A stretch of DNA of 63,857 nucleotides, filler included, from an uncultured Gemmatimonadota bacterium (GCA_964490075.1; 6 parts of 6 records of this genome joined end to end with filler, not necessarily neighbours in it); one strand, 5' to 3'. Positions 41,368-53,198 are shown, counted from the first letter of the whole stretch. The notes: a model not told the origin generated them from the letters alone. Made by a program: numbers and translations.

Positions 41368-41963
41368 TCGACGCGGTGCGCGGACGGGTCGTGGGCTGCG
41401 AGGATGGCCGGGTGGTGGTCGAGGTCGGGGGCGTGGCGCTGGGGATCGTGGTCGGCCCGGCCAGCTCGCTCGCGCGCGCCGGGATGGGCGACGAGCTGCG
41501 CATTCCGACCTATCTGCACGTTCGCGACGACGCGCTCGAGCTCTTCGGCTTCGAGAGCGAAGCGCACCGGGCGCTCTTCCGCACCTTGCTGGCGATCTCC
41601 GGCATCGGCCCGCGCCTGGCCCTGTCGATCGTCTCCGCCATCGATCCACTCGCCTTCGCCCGTGCCGTCGCCACCGCCGACCGGGCCGCTCTGCAGCGCG
41701 CGCCGGGCGTGGGCCGCAAGCTCGCCGAGCGCATGCTCCTGGAGCTGCGGGACCGGTTCGACCGCGCCCCGGCGATCTCGTCGGCGGCCGGATCGGCCGC
41801 GGCCGGTCCCTGGGACGACGCGGCCACGGCGCTGATCACCCTGGGCTACGATCGAGGCCGGGTCGCGACCTCCCTGGCGCGGCTGCGCGCGGAGCTGGAG
41901 GACTCGCCGGCCACCGATGAGATCGTGCGGGCGGCGCTCCAGGGGCTGCGAGGATCCCCTTGA
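41364..41963 (+). CDS. ruvA: Holliday junction branch migration protein RuvA
   Basis: [44 protein letters not shown]. Confidence 0.95.
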   Translation: MIDAVRGRVVGCEDGRVVVEVGGVALGIVVGPASSLARAGMGDELRIPTYLHVRDDALELFGFESEAHRALFRTLLAISGIGPRLALSIVSAIDPLAFARAVATADRAALQRAPGVGRKLAERMLLELRDRFDRAPAISSAAGSAAAGPWDDAATALITLGYDRGRVATSLARLRAELEDSPATDEIVRAALQGLRGSP

Positions 41964-42982
41964 ACGACATCAGCTCTCCCGATCGCTTCGCCGAGGACGT
42001 GGAGCTCGACCGCTCGCTCCGGCCGCGGCGCTTGACCGAGTTCATTGGCCAGGAGCGGATCGTCGACAATCTGCGCGTTTTCATCCGGGCCTGCGCCGCT
42101 CGCGGTGAGGCGCTCGACCATCTCTTGCTCTCGGGTCCGCCGGGGCTGGGCAAGACCACCCTGGCCGGGATCGTCGCCTCGGAGCTCGAGGTCGAGCTGC
42201 ACACCACCTCCGGGCCGGCGGTCGAGAAGGCGGGCGACCTGGCCGGCATCCTCACCGCGCTGGGGCCGCGCGACGTGCTCTTCATCGACGAGATCCACCG
42301 TCTCGGCTCTGTGGTGGAGGAGTATCTCTACTCGGCGATGGAGGACTACCGGCTCGACATCATGATCGACTCGGGCCCGGCGGCGCGCACCGTCAAGCTC
42401 ACCCTGGCTCCCTTCACGCTGGTCGGCGCGACCACCCGCTCGGGGCTGCTCTCGTCGCCGATGCGTTCGCGTTTCGGAATCAACTGCCACCTGGAGCACT
42501 ACCCGGCCGAGCCGCTGGCGCGGATCGTGCGGCGCTCGGCCGGGCTGCTGGCGATCGAGATCGAGGTCGATGCGGCGCTGGAGATCGCGCGCCGGTCTCG
42601 CGGAACTCCGCGCGTGGCCAACCGCCTGTTGCGCCGGGTACGGGATTTCGCCGAGGTCGAAGGGGACGGTCGGGTGACGGTGGCGGTGGTCGACAGCTCG
42701 CTGCGCCGCCTCGACGTCGACGGCCGCGGCCTCGACGATCTCGACAAGAGGTTGCTCTCGGTGATCATCCAGAAGTTCGGCGGCGGCCCGGTCGGGCTGG
42801 GCAACCTGGCGGTATCGATCGGCGAGGAGAAGGACACGCTGGAAGAGGTGGTGGAGCCCTTTCTGATCATGGAGGGGCTGCTGGTGCGGACTCCGCGCGG
42901 GCGGGTGGCGACCGAGCTCGCCTACCGGCACCTGGGGTTCGCGCCGGGCGAAGGCGACTCCCAGACCCGCATTTTCGGATGA
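41960..42982 (+). CDS. ruvB: Holliday junction branch migration helicase RuvB
   Basis: [53 protein letters not shown]. Confidence 0.98.
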   Translation: MNDISSPDRFAEDVELDRSLRPRRLTEFIGQERIVDNLRVFIRACAARGEALDHLLLSGPPGLGKTTLAGIVASELEVELHTTSGPAVEKAGDLAGILTALGPRDVLFIDEIHRLGSVVEEYLYSAMEDYRLDIMIDSGPAARTVKLTLAPFTLVGATTRSGLLSSPMRSRFGINCHLEHYPAEPLARIVRRSAGLLAIEIEVDAALEIARRSRGTPRVANRLLRRVRDFAEVEGDGRVTVAVVDSSLRRLDVDGRGLDDLDKRLLSVIIQKFGGGPVGLGNLAVSIGEEKDTLEEVVEPFLIMEGLLVRTPRGRVATELAYRHLGFAPGEGDSQTRIFG

Positions 42983-44052
42983 GCGCGGCAACCGCGCCGG
43001 AGCGCCTCGAGAACTACGACTACGACCTGCCGGCCGAGCTGGTCGCCCAACATCCGCCGCCGCGCCGTGATGACGCGCGCTTGCTGATCCTGGAGCGCAC
43101 CAGCGGTGCCGTCGAGCTGGGCCGAATCCCCGACCTGGTCTTCCTCTTGCGGCCCGGCGACTTGCTGGTGCGCAACACCACCTCGGTCTTCCCGGCCCGA
43201 CTGCTCGGCCGGCGCGCCGACACCGGCGGGCGCGTCGAGGCGCTGCTGGTGACGGAGCTCGCGACGGGCCACTGGCGAGCACTGCTGCGGCCGGCCCGTC
43301 GTCTGCGGCCCGGGGTGGCGCTGGTCTTCGATGGCGACCTGCGCGCACGGATCGAGCGCGATGGGGAGGAGGGGGTAGGAGGGGAGAAGGTGCTGATCTT
43401 CGAGCGCAGCGGACAGGAGCTCGAAGCCGCGCTGGAGCGTCACGGCCGGATTCCTCTGCCGCCCTACATCCGCCGCGATCCCCTTCCCGAGGACCGCACC
43501 CGCTACCAGACGGTATTCGCGCGAACACGCGGCTCGGTGGCGGCACCCACCGCGGGCCTGCACCTGACCCGCGAGCTCCTCGCAGCCATCGAGCGCCGCG
43601 GCGTCGAGGTGGCCGACGTGGTCCTGCACGTCGGACCCGGCACCTTTCGGCCGGTCGGCGAAGGGGGGATCGGCCGTCACAAGATGCACGCCGAGCCCTT
43701 CGATCTGGCGCCGGAGACCGCCGCGGCGGTCGAGCGCTGCCGGCGCCGCGGGGGACGCGTGGTCGCGATCGGCACCACCGTCACGCGCGTCCTGGAGAGC
43801 CGCGCGCTGCCCGGGGGACGGGTCGCGGCGGGGGCCGGCACGACCGATCTCTTCATCCATCCGCCGATGAAGCTGGCGGTGGTCGACGCGCTCTTGACCA
43901 ACTTCCATCTGCCCCGTTCGACCTTGCTCATGCTGGTGTCGGCGCTGGCCGGGCGGGAGCGGATCCTGGCCGCCTATCGGCGTGCGATCGACGCGGGCTT
44001 CCGCTTCTATAGCTACGGCGACGCGATGTTCATCCACACGGAGGCGCGGTGA
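42979..44052 (+). CDS. queA: tRNA preQ1 S-adenosylmethionine ribosyltransferase-isomerase
   Basis: [55 protein letters not shown]. Confidence 0.97.
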   Translation: MSAATAPERLENYDYDLPAELVAQHPPPRRDDARLLILERTSGAVELGRIPDLVFLLRPGDLLVRNTTSVFPARLLGRRADTGGRVEALLVTELATGHWRALLRPARRLRPGVALVFDGDLRARIERDGEEGVGGEKVLIFERSGQELEAALERHGRIPLPPYIRRDPLPEDRTRYQTVFARTRGSVAAPTAGLHLTRELLAAIERRGVEVADVVLHVGPGTFRPVGEGGIGRHKMHAEPFDLAPETAAAVERCRRRGGRVVAIGTTVTRVLESRALPGGRVAAGAGTTDLFIHPPMKLAVVDALLTNFHLPRSTLLMLVSALAGRERILAAYRRAIDAGFRFYSYGDAMFIHTEAR

Positions 44053-45170
44053 GCGCGTTTCGCTTCGAGCTCTTGGCACGCGATCCCTGCGGCGCCCGGC
44101 GCGGCCGGATCGACACCGCCCACGGCAGCATCGAGACCCCCTGCTTCATGCCGGTCGGCACCCTGGCCAACGTCAAGACCCTGACCTGGGACGACGTGCG
44201 CGCCGCCGGGGCCTCGATCGTGCTGGCCAATACCTACCACCTCTATCTTCGGCCGGGGCACGAGCTGATCCGTGAGCTGGGCGGGATCCACCGTTTCACC
44301 GGCTGGCGGGGTGCGGTGCTGACCGACTCCGGGGGTTACCAGGTCTACTCGCTGGCCCAGCGCCGCGCGATCGACGACGACGGAGTCGACTTCCGCAGCC
44401 ACCTGGACGGCTCATCGCACCGTTTCACACCGGAGCTGGTGATGGAGATTCAGGCGGCGCTCGGCGTCGACATCGCCATGGCCTTCGACGAGTGCTGCCC
44501 CTTCCCCTCGGTGCGTGACTATGCCGCCCGCTCGATGCAGCGCACCCATGCCTGGGCCCGGCGCTGTCTGGCGGCCTGGCCGGAGACGGCCGATGGGGTG
44601 CTCTACGGCATCTGCCAGGGCGCCTTCGAGCCCGATCTGCGGGTCGAATCGGCGCAGGAGATCGCCGCGCTGCCTTTCGCCGGTATCGCTGTCGGCGGGC
44701 TCGCCGTGGGCGAGCCGAAGGAGCTCTACGACGAGATGCTCGCCGCGGCGCTGCCCCATCTGCCGGCCGATCGTCCCCGCTACCTGATGGGCGTCGGCTA
44801 TCCGCACGACCTGGTCGACGCGATCGGCCGCGGCATCGACCAGTTCGACTGCGTGCTGCCGACCCGCAACGCGCGCAAGGCGATGCTCTTTACCTCGCGC
44901 GGTCCACTGATCGCCAAGGCGGCGCGCTACGCCCAAGACCCGAACCCGCCCGATCCCGACTGTCGCTGCCGGGTCTGCGCCACCACCAGCCGCGCCTACC
45001 TGCGCCACCTCTTCAAGTCCCGCGAGTACCTGGGCCAACACCTGGCGACCTACCACAACGTCCATTTCTATCTCGACCTGATGAGCCGGGCGCGGGCGGC
45101 GATCGAGGCGGGAAGCTACGACGATTTTCGACGCGGCTTTCACTCGTCCTACGATCCTGATGCCCGCTGA
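44049..45170 (+). CDS. tgt: tRNA guanine transglycosylase
   Basis: TPCFMPVGT, ANTYHLYLRPG, LTDSGGYQ, GGLAVGE, FDCVLPTRNAR, CxCxxC. Confidence 0.97.
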   Translation: MSAFRFELLARDPCGARRGRIDTAHGSIETPCFMPVGTLANVKTLTWDDVRAAGASIVLANTYHLYLRPGHELIRELGGIHRFTGWRGAVLTDSGGYQVYSLAQRRAIDDDGVDFRSHLDGSSHRFTPELVMEIQAALGVDIAMAFDECCPFPSVRDYAARSMQRTHAWARRCLAAWPETADGVLYGICQGAFEPDLRVESAQEIAALPFAGIAVGGLAVGEPKELYDEMLAAALPHLPADRPRYLMGVGYPHDLVDAIGRGIDQFDCVLPTRNARKAMLFTSRGPLIAKAARYAQDPNPPDPDCRCRVCATTSRAYLRHLFKSREYLGQHLATYHNVHFYLDLMSRARAAIEAGSYDDFRRGFHSSYDPDAR

Positions 45171-45280
45171 AGCGTAACGTCACCGCTCTTGGTGCCATTG
45201 CCGGGGCGAGCGCACCTCGCGGGGACGGTCGAGGCGGTCGACCGCGCCGGGACGCGACACTTCCACATCAGGAATCGAGG

Positions 45281-46093
45281 ATGACGATGAAGACGCTATT
45301 TCCGGCTGCCCTGATGGTAGCAACGTTTCTGCTGCAGGCACCGCGAGTCGAGGCGGAGACCGGATGCTCCGCGATTACCACGGCGAGTGCCGACTGCGAC
45401 AACGGGAGCGACAGCGACGCCGATGCCGACTCGGGACCGAAGCGCGCCAAGTCGAAGGCCGGAGCTTCGATGGGAGATGCCATGGGGAAGTCGAAGGCGA
45501 AGGCGCGCCTGAAGATCAAGAAGGACAAGCCGTGGGCCAAGTTGAAGGTGAAGGCGAAGGCCGAGGGCGAGGAGTGCGGTGCCTGTGCGGCCGCGGTGGC
45601 GACGGCCAACGGTGACTACATGTTCGACATCGAGGTGCCACTGGACGAGACAGCGCCGGTGCCGCTGACAGTGCGCGCGCAGATCCCCTCGCTCTTTCTC
45701 TACACCATCACGGACTACGACGAAGCGACGATTGCCGAGCAGAGCTACCAATGCTCGGTGGAGATCGACGGCCAGCCGGCGATCGCCTTCGGCATCGCGC
45801 TGGCCGACTCCGAGATCGTCCTGAGCGGAGACATCGGGATGGACGACTTGTCGATCGAGGCTCAGGGCGAGGAGACCGCGGTGCGCCTCGACGACTTCGA
45901 GGTGACGCGCGTCGTGCAGCTGGATGACGCCGAGGGGGTCCACAGCTTCAGCGGATCGGCCAGCGATTCGGCCTGCGCCGGCGGCGGGTCGGGGCTGTGC
46001 CTGGGCGGCAGCGAGATCCTCAGCGCGCCGGAGCCGGAGCTGCACGTCGAGTTGGAGGTGCCGGCGGAGTACAGCTTCGCCGCCCCGGATTGA
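45281..46093 (+). CDS. Secreted hypothetical protein
   Basis: Signal peptide; Ala/Lys-rich segment bracketed by Cys residues, then an acidic beta-rich domain. Confidence 0.7.
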   Translation: MTMKTLFPAALMVATFLLQAPRVEAETGCSAITTASADCDNGSDSDADADSGPKRAKSKAGASMGDAMGKSKAKARLKIKKDKPWAKLKVKAKAEGEECGACAAAVATANGDYMFDIEVPLDETAPVPLTVRAQIPSLFLYTITDYDEATIAEQSYQCSVEIDGQPAIAFGIALADSEIVLSGDIGMDDLSIEAQGEETAVRLDDFEVTRVVQLDDAEGVHSFSGSASDSACAGGGSGLCLGGSEILSAPEPELHVELEVPAEYSFAAPD

Positions 46094-46338
46094 CGGGCCT
46101 CGGCGCAGCGCGCCCAGGAGACGCCGTCGCAAGAGGAGAGACGACGGCGTCGTAGCATCAAGGCCGGAATCCGGTCGTAACTAGCGATTCCGATCGAGGA
46201 GTTGAAGGTTGCGGCCAGATTCTGGTCACAACTCACCNNNNNNNNNNNNNNNNNNNNNNNNNNNNNNNNNNNNNNNNNNNNTTAATTAATTAANNNNNNN
46301 NNNNNNNNNNNNNNNNNNNNNNNNNNNNNNNNNNNNNC

Positions 46339-46392
46339 CGCGAAGGCGGGCGCACGGTCGGCGCCGGCGTGATCACCGAGATCCACGAGTAG
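46339..46392 (+). CDS. tuf: Elongation factor Tu, C-terminal end (5' truncated)
   Basis: [17 protein letters not shown] directly before rpsJ. Confidence 0.92.
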   Translation, partial: REGGRTVGAGVITEIHE

Positions 46393-46405
46393 GGCGGAGG
46401 TTTTC

Positions 46406-46714
46406 GTGGCCAGTCAGAATATCCGTATCCGCTTGAAGGCCTACGACCACAAGACACTGGATCAATCGGCCTCGCGCATCGTGGAGACCGCAAAGCGCAA
46501 CGGAGCGCGGATCTCGGGCCCGGTGCCCCTGCCGACCAAGCGCACGGTCTACACCGTCAATCGCAGCCCCCACGTCGACAAGAAGTCGCGGGAGCAGTTC
46601 GAAGTACGAATTCACAAGCGTCTGATCGACATCCTGGAATCGACTCCGGCCACGGTCGACGCACTGATGAAGCTGGATCTACCCGCCGGGATCGATATCG
46701 AGATCAAGGTCTGA
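46406..46714 (+). CDS. rpsJ: 30S ribosomal protein S10
   Basis: [31 protein letters not shown]. Confidence 0.98.
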   Translation: MASQNIRIRLKAYDHKTLDQSASRIVETAKRNGARISGPVPLPTKRTVYTVNRSPHVDKKSREQFEVRIHKRLIDILESTPATVDALMKLDLPAGIDIEIKV

Positions 46715-46807
46715 CGATTCTGGTGGCTCCGGAGCGCGGTGCACGGCGCCGGGCTCTCCCAAGGCGGGTCGAGGGCGCCCCCCGCGTGCCTACCCGGGAG
46801 GAATGAA

Positions 46808-47422
46808 ATGAGTGGATTGATTGGTCGCAAAATCGGAATGACGCAGGTCTTCGCAGAGACCGGCGAGTCGATTCCGGCGACCGTGATCGAAGCCGGGCCC
46901 TGCCCGGTGATCCAGAAGAAGACCTCCGAGCGCGATGGCTACTGCGCGCTGCAGCTCGGCTTCGGCGAGAAGAAGAAGTCGCGCGTCCGCAAGCCCGAGG
47001 CCGGACATGCCGCCAAGGCCGGCGTGCCGGTGCCGCGCCACGTGCGGGAGCTGCGCTTCGACGAGGGCGAGGAGTTCGAGATCGGCCAGGAGCTGACGGT
47101 CGAGCTCTTCCAGCAGGGCGACATAGTCTCGGTGACCGGGCGCAGCAAGGGCCGTGGTTTCGCCGGGGTGATGAAGCGCCACGGCATGAGCGGCGGCGAC
47201 GAGACCCACGGCTGCGGGTCGCAGCGGGTGCCCGGATCGCTCGGATCGGCGGCCTACCCGGCGCGGGTCTTCAAGGGGCGGCGGCTGCCGGGACACATGG
47301 GCGACGCCCGGGTGACGGTGCGCAACCTCGAGGTGGTGCGCGTCGACGCCGAAAGCAATGTACTGGTGATCCGCGGAGCCGTGCCCGGTCCCCGCAATGG
47401 CATCCTGTTGATCCGCAAGTAG
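46808..47422 (+). CDS. rplC: 50S ribosomal protein L3
   Basis: GLIGRKIGMTQVF, SKGRGFAGVMKRH. Confidence 0.97.
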   Translation: MSGLIGRKIGMTQVFAETGESIPATVIEAGPCPVIQKKTSERDGYCALQLGFGEKKKSRVRKPEAGHAAKAGVPVPRHVRELRFDEGEEFEIGQELTVELFQQGDIVSVTGRSKGRGFAGVMKRHGMSGGDETHGCGSQRVPGSLGSAAYPARVFKGRRLPGHMGDARVTVRNLEVVRVDAESNVLVIRGAVPGPRNGILLIRK

Positions 47423-47432
47423 GAGGGAAGCG

Positions 47433-48059
47433 ATGGCGGAGGTAAAGATCGTAACGGCCGCGGGCCAGGAGAGCGGAAGCACTTCGGTGGAGCTCGTGCC
47501 GGAAAACGTACGTGGCGCGAACCACGTGGTCTACGAGGCCGTCAAGATGTACCAGGCCAACCGGCGCCTGGGATCGGTCCACAAGAAAAACCGTTCCGCG
47601 GTCGCCGGCGGGCGCCGCAAGCCGTGGAAGCAAAAAGGCACCGGCCGAGCTCGGCAAGGCACCATCCGGGCCCCGCAATGGCGCGGCGGCGGGCGCGCGT
47701 TTCCGCCGACCGAGCGCGACTTCTCGTATCGGATCCCGCGCAAGATGCGCCGCCTGGCGACCCGTCTGGCGCTCGACGCACGCATGCAGGACGGCACCCT
47801 GCGCATGCTCGAGGCGATGCCGGAGATCGGCGGCAAGACCCGCGAGATGGCGGCCCTCATGAGCAAGCTCGGATGCACCGGCAAGCGGGTGCTGCTGCTG
47901 CTCGACTCGGTTCCGACCGAGCTGCTGCGGGCCTCTCGCAACATCCCCGGCCTGGTCGTGAACCGCTACCAGGAGACCAACGCCCACCAGGTGTTGCTGG
48001 CGGAGCAGGTGCTGGTCTGCCGTGCCGTGCTTGACGCGGCGGAAGGGGGCGAGGAGTGA
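47433..48059 (+). CDS. rplD: 50S ribosomal protein L4
   Basis: KPWKQKGTGRARQG, PQWRGGG. Confidence 0.97.
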   Translation: MAEVKIVTAAGQESGSTSVELVPENVRGANHVVYEAVKMYQANRRLGSVHKKNRSAVAGGRRKPWKQKGTGRARQGTIRAPQWRGGGRAFPPTERDFSYRIPRKMRRLATRLALDARMQDGTLRMLEAMPEIGGKTREMAALMSKLGCTGKRVLLLLDSVPTELLRASRNIPGLVVNRYQETNAHQVLLAEQVLVCRAVLDAAEGGEE

Positions 48060-48346
48060 TGGATCCCAGAGAGATGATCGTGCGACCGCTGCTCACCGAG
48101 AAGGGCACGCACCTCAAAGAGACCGAGAACAAGTACATCTTCGAGGTGGCGGTGGACGCCAACAAGATCCAGATCAAGCAGGCGGTCGAGTCGATCTTCG
48201 ACGTGCGCGTGCGCAAGGTGGCGACCATGAACCGCCTGGGCAAGATGAAGCGCGTGCGCTACCGGGCGGGGCGCCGCCGCGGCTGGAAGAAAGCGGTCGT
48301 GACTTTGGCCGAGGGCCACACGCTGGAGCTCTTCGAAGGGGTCTAG
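48059..48346 (+). CDS. rplW: 50S ribosomal protein L23
   Basis: RPLLTEK, ANKIQIKQAVE, WKKAVVTL. Confidence 0.96.
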   Translation: MDPREMIVRPLLTEKGTHLKETENKYIFEVAVDANKIQIKQAVESIFDVRVRKVATMNRLGKMKRVRYRAGRRRGWKKAVVTLAEGHTLELFEGV

Positions 48347-48369
48347 CCCCCCGCGGAATCGAGTGACAC

Positions 48370-49194
48370 ATGGGAATCAAAACATACAAGCCGACCACCC
48401 CGGCCCTGCGCTACAAGACCACCTCGAGCTTCGAGGAGATCACGCGCTCGACGCCGGAGAAGTCGCTCCTGGTCGGGCTGAAGAAAAGCGGCGGCCGCAA
48501 CAACCGCGGCCGCATCACCGCCCGTCACCGCGGCGGAGGCCACAAGCGGCGCTATCGGATCATCGATTTCAAGCGCAACAAGCCGGGCGTGCCGGCCAAG
48601 GTGGCGAGCATCGAGTACGATCCGAATCGCTCCGCGCGAATCGCCCTGGTGCACTACGCCGACGGCGAAAAGCGCTACATCGTGGCGCCGGCGGGCGTCG
48701 GCGTGGGCGACGTGCTGGTCTCGGGTCCCGAGGCTCCACTGAAGTCCGGGAACGCGCTCGAAATCCGTCGCATCCCGCAGGGCACGGTGCTGCACAACCT
48801 GGAGCTCTTTCCGGGGCGCGGCGCCCAGGTCGCCCGCTCGGCCGGAGCCGGCGCGGTGTTGATGGCCAAAGAGGAGCCCTACGCGCTGGTGCGGTTGCCT
48901 TCCGGCGAGATTCGCAAGGTGTCGATGGACTGCACCGCCACCATCGGCTCGGTCGGCAACTCCGACCATATGAACATCTCGATCGGCAAGGCGGGCAAGA
49001 GCCGCTGGCTGGGGCGCCGGCCGCGGGTGCGCGGGGTGGCGATGAACCCGGTGGACCATCCGATGGGCGGCGGCGAAGGCCGCTCGTCGGGGGGCAGGCA
49101 TCCTTGCTCCCCCTGGGGCATGCCGGCCAAGGGCTACAAGACCCGCAAGAAGCGTAAGCAGTCCAATCGTTACATCGTGAAGCGACGGAAGTAG
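48370..49194 (+). CDS. rplB: 50S ribosomal protein L2
   Basis: [35 protein letters not shown]. Confidence 0.98.
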   Translation: MGIKTYKPTTPALRYKTTSSFEEITRSTPEKSLLVGLKKSGGRNNRGRITARHRGGGHKRRYRIIDFKRNKPGVPAKVASIEYDPNRSARIALVHYADGEKRYIVAPAGVGVGDVLVSGPEAPLKSGNALEIRRIPQGTVLHNLELFPGRGAQVARSAGAGAVLMAKEEPYALVRLPSGEIRKVSMDCTATIGSVGNSDHMNISIGKAGKSRWLGRRPRVRGVAMNPVDHPMGGGEGRSSGGRHPCSPWGMPAKGYKTRKKRKQSNRYIVKRRK

Positions 49195-49197
49195 ATC

Positions 49198-49485
49198 ATG
49201 CCCCGTTCAATCTCGAAAGGCCCGTTCATCGATCCCCGGCTCTCCGAAAAGCTCGAGGAGATGAGCAGGAGCGGCGAAAAGCGGGTGGTGAAGACCTGGT
49301 CCCGCCGATCGACGATATCTCCGGATTTCGTGGGTCATACGATCGCCATCCACAACGGAATGAAGTTCATCCCGGTCTATATCACCGAGAACATGGTGGG
49401 TCACAAGCTGGGTGAGTTCGCGCCAACCAGGACCTTCAAGGGGCACGGCGGCAAGCTGGCCGAGCGCACCGTGAAGATCCGCTGA
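49198..49485 (+). CDS. rpsS: 30S ribosomal protein S19
   Basis: [22 protein letters not shown]. Confidence 0.98.
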   Translation: MPRSISKGPFIDPRLSEKLEEMSRSGEKRVVKTWSRRSTISPDFVGHTIAIHNGMKFIPVYITENMVGHKLGEFAPTRTFKGHGGKLAERTVKIR

Positions 49486-49513
49486 CCAGGGCGTGTTTGA
49501 ATTGGAGAACGAG

Positions 49514-49858
49514 ATGAAGGCCACCGCACGAGCCAGATACGTTCACGTGACTCCGCGCAAGGCGCGGGCCGTCGTGGACCTGGTACGCGGCAAGAGCGTC
49601 GTCGATGCACTGGTGACACTCGATTTCACTCGCCGTGCCGCCGCGGTGCCGGTGGCGAAGACGATTCGCTCCGCCGCTGCCAACGCGCAGAACGCCGAAG
49701 GCGGCGAAGAGCTGGACGTCAACGACCTGGTGCTGGCGACCATCTGTGTCGACGACGGCCCGGTGCTGAAACGCTGGCGACCTTCCGCGCGCGGCCGCAT
49801 CCATCCCTACAAACGGCGCATGAGCCACATTACGGTGACGGTTTCGACCCGTCCGTAG
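49514..49858 (+). CDS. rplV: 50S ribosomal protein L22
   Basis: [30 protein letters not shown] 49514 after GGAG. Confidence 0.96.
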   Translation: MKATARARYVHVTPRKARAVVDLVRGKSVVDALVTLDFTRRAAAVPVAKTIRSAAANAQNAEGGEELDVNDLVLATICVDDGPVLKRWRPSARGRIHPYKRRMSHITVTVSTRP

Positions 49859-49900
49859 TCAGACGGACGGCGCGGAAGCTCAGAGAAAGGAACCACGAGC

Positions 49901-50530
49901 GTGGGACAGAAAACACATCCGACAGGCTTTCGCCTCGGATTCAATGTGCCCTGGAGTTCGAGGTGGTTCAACGACAAGAACTTCTCGAAGGATCTGGGCG
50001 AGGATCTGACGATCCGAAAATACGTCCGCCAGCGGCTCGAGAGCGCCGATCTTTCCCGCCTGGAGATCGAGCGGGCGTCGAACCGGATCACTCTGATCAT
50101 CTACACCGCGCGTCCCGGTCTGGTGATCGGACAGAAGGGCCAGAAGGTTGATCAGCTGCGCGACGAGCTGCAGCACATCACCGGCCGCGATGTCTATATC
50201 ACCATTCAAGAGATCAAGGTGGCCGAGCTCGACGCGGAGCTGGTCGCGCAGCGGATCGCCAAGCAGCTCTCGTCGCGAGTGTCGTTCAGACGAGCGACCA
50301 AGCGCGCCATCCAGCAGACCATGCGCTTCGGTGCACAGGGTATTAGGATTCGGGTGGCGGGCCGGCTGAACGGCGCGGAGATGGCTCGTACTTTTATGCA
50401 ACGCGAAGGCAAAGTGCCGCTTCATACGCTGCGCTCCGACATCGACTATGCGCAGGTGACATCACTCACGACCTTCGGCACCATCGGCGTCAAGGTCTGG
50501 ATCTGCAAGGGTGAGGCGGCTCCCCTCTAG
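49901..50530 (+). CDS. rpsC: 30S ribosomal protein S3
   Basis: [35 protein letters not shown]. Confidence 0.98.
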   Translation: MGQKTHPTGFRLGFNVPWSSRWFNDKNFSKDLGEDLTIRKYVRQRLESADLSRLEIERASNRITLIIYTARPGLVIGQKGQKVDQLRDELQHITGRDVYITIQEIKVAELDAELVAQRIAKQLSSRVSFRRATKRAIQQTMRFGAQGIRIRVAGRLNGAEMARTFMQREGKVPLHTLRSDIDYAQVTSLTTFGTIGVKVWICKGEAAPL

Positions 50531-50563
50531 CCGGGGGCGGTCGATCGTAGGAGGTTTTTCGCC

Positions 50564-50989
50564 ATGTTGATGCCCAAGCGGACCAAGTACCGCAAGATGC
50601 AAAAAGGGCGCATGAGGGGCAAGGCGACCCGCGGCGCGCACTTGAGCTTCGGCAGTTGCGGTCTGCAGGCCACCGAGTGTGGCTGGATCACCAGCCGCCA
50701 GATCGAGGCCGCACGTGTGGCCATGACGCGTCACGTGAAGCGTGGCGGCAAGCTCTGGATCCGGGTGTTTCCCGACAAGCCGATCACCAAGAAGCCGGCC
50801 GAGACGCGGATGGGCAAGGGCAAGGGCGGACCCGAGTACTGGGTGGCCGTGGTGAAGCCCGGCCGCGTGCTCTTCGAGATGGAAGGGGTGGACGAGGATC
50901 TGGCCAAGGCGGCGATGCGCCTGGCGCAGATGAAGCTGCCCTTCCGCACCCGTTTCATCACCTACGCCGAGATCGGAGGTGGTCAGTGA
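50564..50989 (+). CDS. rplP: 50S ribosomal protein L16
   Basis: [25 protein letters not shown]. Confidence 0.98.
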   Translation: MLMPKRTKYRKMQKGRMRGKATRGAHLSFGSCGLQATECGWITSRQIEAARVAMTRHVKRGGKLWIRVFPDKPITKKPAETRMGKGKGGPEYWVAVVKPGRVLFEMEGVDEDLAKAAMRLAQMKLPFRTRFITYAEIGGGQ

Positions 50990-51207
50990 CCGCCGCAGAG
51001 CTGCGCGAGCGCACCCGCCAGGAGCTGGCCGAGCGCTTGATCGAGCTGCAGGAAGAGCTCTTCAATCTGCGTTTCCAGATGGCCGCTCACAGCCAGCTGG
51101 AGAATCCGCACGCGATCCGCCAGGCCAGGAGAGAGATCGCCCGCGTCCGTACCCTGCTTCGAGAAGACGAGCACGGCATCTACAAGCTGCCAAGCGCCGC
51201 GGAGTGA
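50986..51207 (+). CDS. rpmC: 50S ribosomal protein L29
   Basis: GTG 50986; [28 protein letters not shown]. Confidence 0.95.
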   Translation: MTAAELRERTRQELAERLIELQEELFNLRFQMAAHSQLENPHAIRQARREIARVRTLLREDEHGIYKLPSAAE

Positions 51208-51236
51208 GCCAGGCTCGCCCGGACGCGCCGGAGAAG

Positions 51237-51509
51237 ATGACGATGACGACGACCCCAGAACGAGCACTGCGAAAGACCCGCACCGGGCGGGTGGTGAGCG
51301 ACAAGATGGACAAGACCATCGTGGTCGCCGTCGAGCGATTGGTGCGGCACCCGGTCTATGGCCGCGTGGTGCGGCGCACCAAGCGCTACAAGGCCCATGA
51401 CGCCGACAACAGCGCCAAAGTCGGAGACGTGGTCGAGCTGATGGAGACTCGGCCGCTCAGCAAGGAGAAGCGCTGGCGCCTGGTGAAAGTGATCCGTGCG
51501 GCCAAGTAG
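51237..51509 (+). CDS. rpsQ: 30S ribosomal protein S17
   Basis: [25 protein letters not shown]. Confidence 0.97.
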   Translation: MTMTTTPERALRKTRTGRVVSDKMDKTIVVAVERLVRHPVYGRVVRRTKRYKAHDADNSAKVGDVVELMETRPLSKEKRWRLVKVIRAAK

Positions 51510-51548
51510 TCCACCCCATTCCCACACCAGGGGACGGAGGTTCCCGAC

Positions 51549-51917
51549 ATGATCCAGCAAGAGACCCGATTGAAGATCGCCGACAACTCCGGCGCCCGCG
51601 AGGCCCTGTGCATCAAGGTGCTCGGGGGAACGCGACGGCGCTATGCGTCGGTGGGTGACGTGATCGTCGTCACGGTCAAGGACGCGGTGCCGGGCGGTGC
51701 GATGAAAAAGGGCGAGGTGGCGCGCGCGGTCGTGGTCCGAACCCGCAAGGAGATCCGCCGCTCCGACGGCAGCTACATCAAGTTCGACGAGAACGCGGCG
51801 GTCATGATCAACGAGCAGAAAGAGCCGAAGGGCACGCGCATCTTCGGCCCGGTGGCTCGCGAGCTGCGCGAGAAGGCCTACATGAAAATCGTCTCGCTCG
51901 CTCCCGAGGTGCTCTAG
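51549..51917 (+). CDS. rplN: 50S ribosomal protein L14
   Basis: [25 protein letters not shown]. Confidence 0.98.
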   Translation: MIQQETRLKIADNSGAREALCIKVLGGTRRRYASVGDVIVVTVKDAVPGGAMKKGEVARAVVVRTRKEIRRSDGSYIKFDENAAVMINEQKEPKGTRIFGPVARELREKAYMKIVSLAPEVL

Positions 51918-51952
51918 GGCGCCGGGCGCGAGCTCGCAAACAGGAAGCGTTC

Positions 51953-52267
51953 ATGGCAAGCAAGATCAGAAAAGGCGATCAGGTGGTGGTGCTGCGCGGC
52001 AACCACCGCGGCCAGCGGGGCGAAGTGTTGGCCGTGCTGACCGACAAGCAGCGCGTGCTGGTGCAGGGCGTGAACATCATCAAGCGGCACATGAAGCCCC
52101 GCGGCACCCAGCAAGGCGGCATCGTCGAGAAAGAGGGATCGATCGCCATCTCCAACGTGATGCTCATCGATCCCGAGAGCGACAAGCCGACCCGCGTCGG
52201 CTTCCAGAAAGACGACGAGGGTCGCAAGATCCGCGTCGGCCGCCGCAGCGAAAAGGCATTGGACTAA
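51953..52267 (+). CDS. rplX: 50S ribosomal protein L24
   Basis: [12 protein letters not shown] motif, GGIVEKE..I.ISNV. Confidence 0.97.
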   Translation: MASKIRKGDQVVVLRGNHRGQRGEVLAVLTDKQRVLVQGVNIIKRHMKPRGTQQGGIVEKEGSIAISNVMLIDPESDKPTRVGFQKDDEGRKIRVGRRSEKALD

Positions 52268-52303
52268 GGGTAGGACCCCAAGCGGCGAACGGAACCAAGG
52301 AAC

Positions 52304-52873
52304 ATGAGCGAGCAAGCGACCATCGAACGCACCACTCCGCGGCTCAAGACCAAGTACCGCGACGAGGTGATGTCCGCGTTGACCGCACGCTTCGGCTACC
52401 GCAATGTGATGCAGCTGCCGAAGCTCACCAAGATCGTGCTCAACATCGGCGTCGGCCGAGCCACGCAGAACAAGAACTTGATCGAAGGCGCGGTGAAGGA
52501 CCTGACCCGGATCGCCGGCCAGAAACCGGTCGTCACCAAGGCCCGCAAATCGATCTCCAACTTCAAGCTGCGTGAGGGGATGCCGATCGGCTGCAAGGTA
52601 ACTCTGCGCGGCGACCGGATGTACGAGTTCCTCGACCGCCTGATCAACGTCGCCATTCCAAGAATCCGCGACTTTCGCGGCACTCCCACCAAGTCGTTCG
52701 ACGGTCGCGGCAACTACACGCTGGGAGTGACCGAACAGATCATCTTCCCCGAGATCGACTTCGACAAGGTCGACGAGGTGCGCGGGCTCGACATCACCTG
52801 CGTCACGACCGCGGCGACCGACGAAGAGGCGTTCGAGCTGCTCAAGGCAATGGGCATGCCCTTCCGCGGGTAG
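52304..52873 (+). CDS. rplE: 50S ribosomal protein L5
   Basis: [34 protein letters not shown]. Confidence 0.98.
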   Translation: MSEQATIERTTPRLKTKYRDEVMSALTARFGYRNVMQLPKLTKIVLNIGVGRATQNKNLIEGAVKDLTRIAGQKPVVTKARKSISNFKLREGMPIGCKVTLRGDRMYEFLDRLINVAIPRIRDFRGTPTKSFDGRGNYTLGVTEQIIFPEIDFDKVDEVRGLDITCVTTAATDEEAFELLKAMGMPFRG

Positions 52874-52892
52874 CTCCAGGAGAATTCAGAAT

Positions 52893-53162
52893 ATGGCCAG
52901 AAAGTGCATGACCGAGCGCGAGAAGAAGCGCGCGGCGTTGATCGAAAAGTACGCGGCGAAGCGCGCGGAGTACAAGGCGAAAGGGGCGCACGACGAGCTG
53001 GCCGCCCTGCCCCGCAACTCGAGCGCGGTGCGGCGCCGCAACCGCTGTGTGCTCACCGGCCGGTCGCGGGGCTACCTGCGCAAGTTCGGTTTGAGCCGCA
53101 TCAAGTTCCGCGAGCTGGCCCTGAGGGGCGAGATCCCCGGCGTGGTAAAGGCGAGCTGGTGA
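52893..53162 (+). CDS. rpsN: 30S ribosomal protein S14 (89-aa, zinc-independent form)
   Basis: [32 protein letters not shown]...[11 protein letters not shown]. Confidence 0.97.
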   Translation: MARKCMTEREKKRAALIEKYAAKRAEYKAKGAHDELAALPRNSSAVRRRNRCVLTGRSRGYLRKFGLSRIKFRELALRGEIPGVVKASW

Positions 53163-53198
53163 TCGGTCCCGCGGGACCGGAATGGAAGAAGTAGAGCC

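Noticed and set aside
46120-46151. 10-bp inverted repeat after the 45281 gene
   Set aside because: Probably an ordinary terminator-like hairpin. It has no U-tract and no other support.
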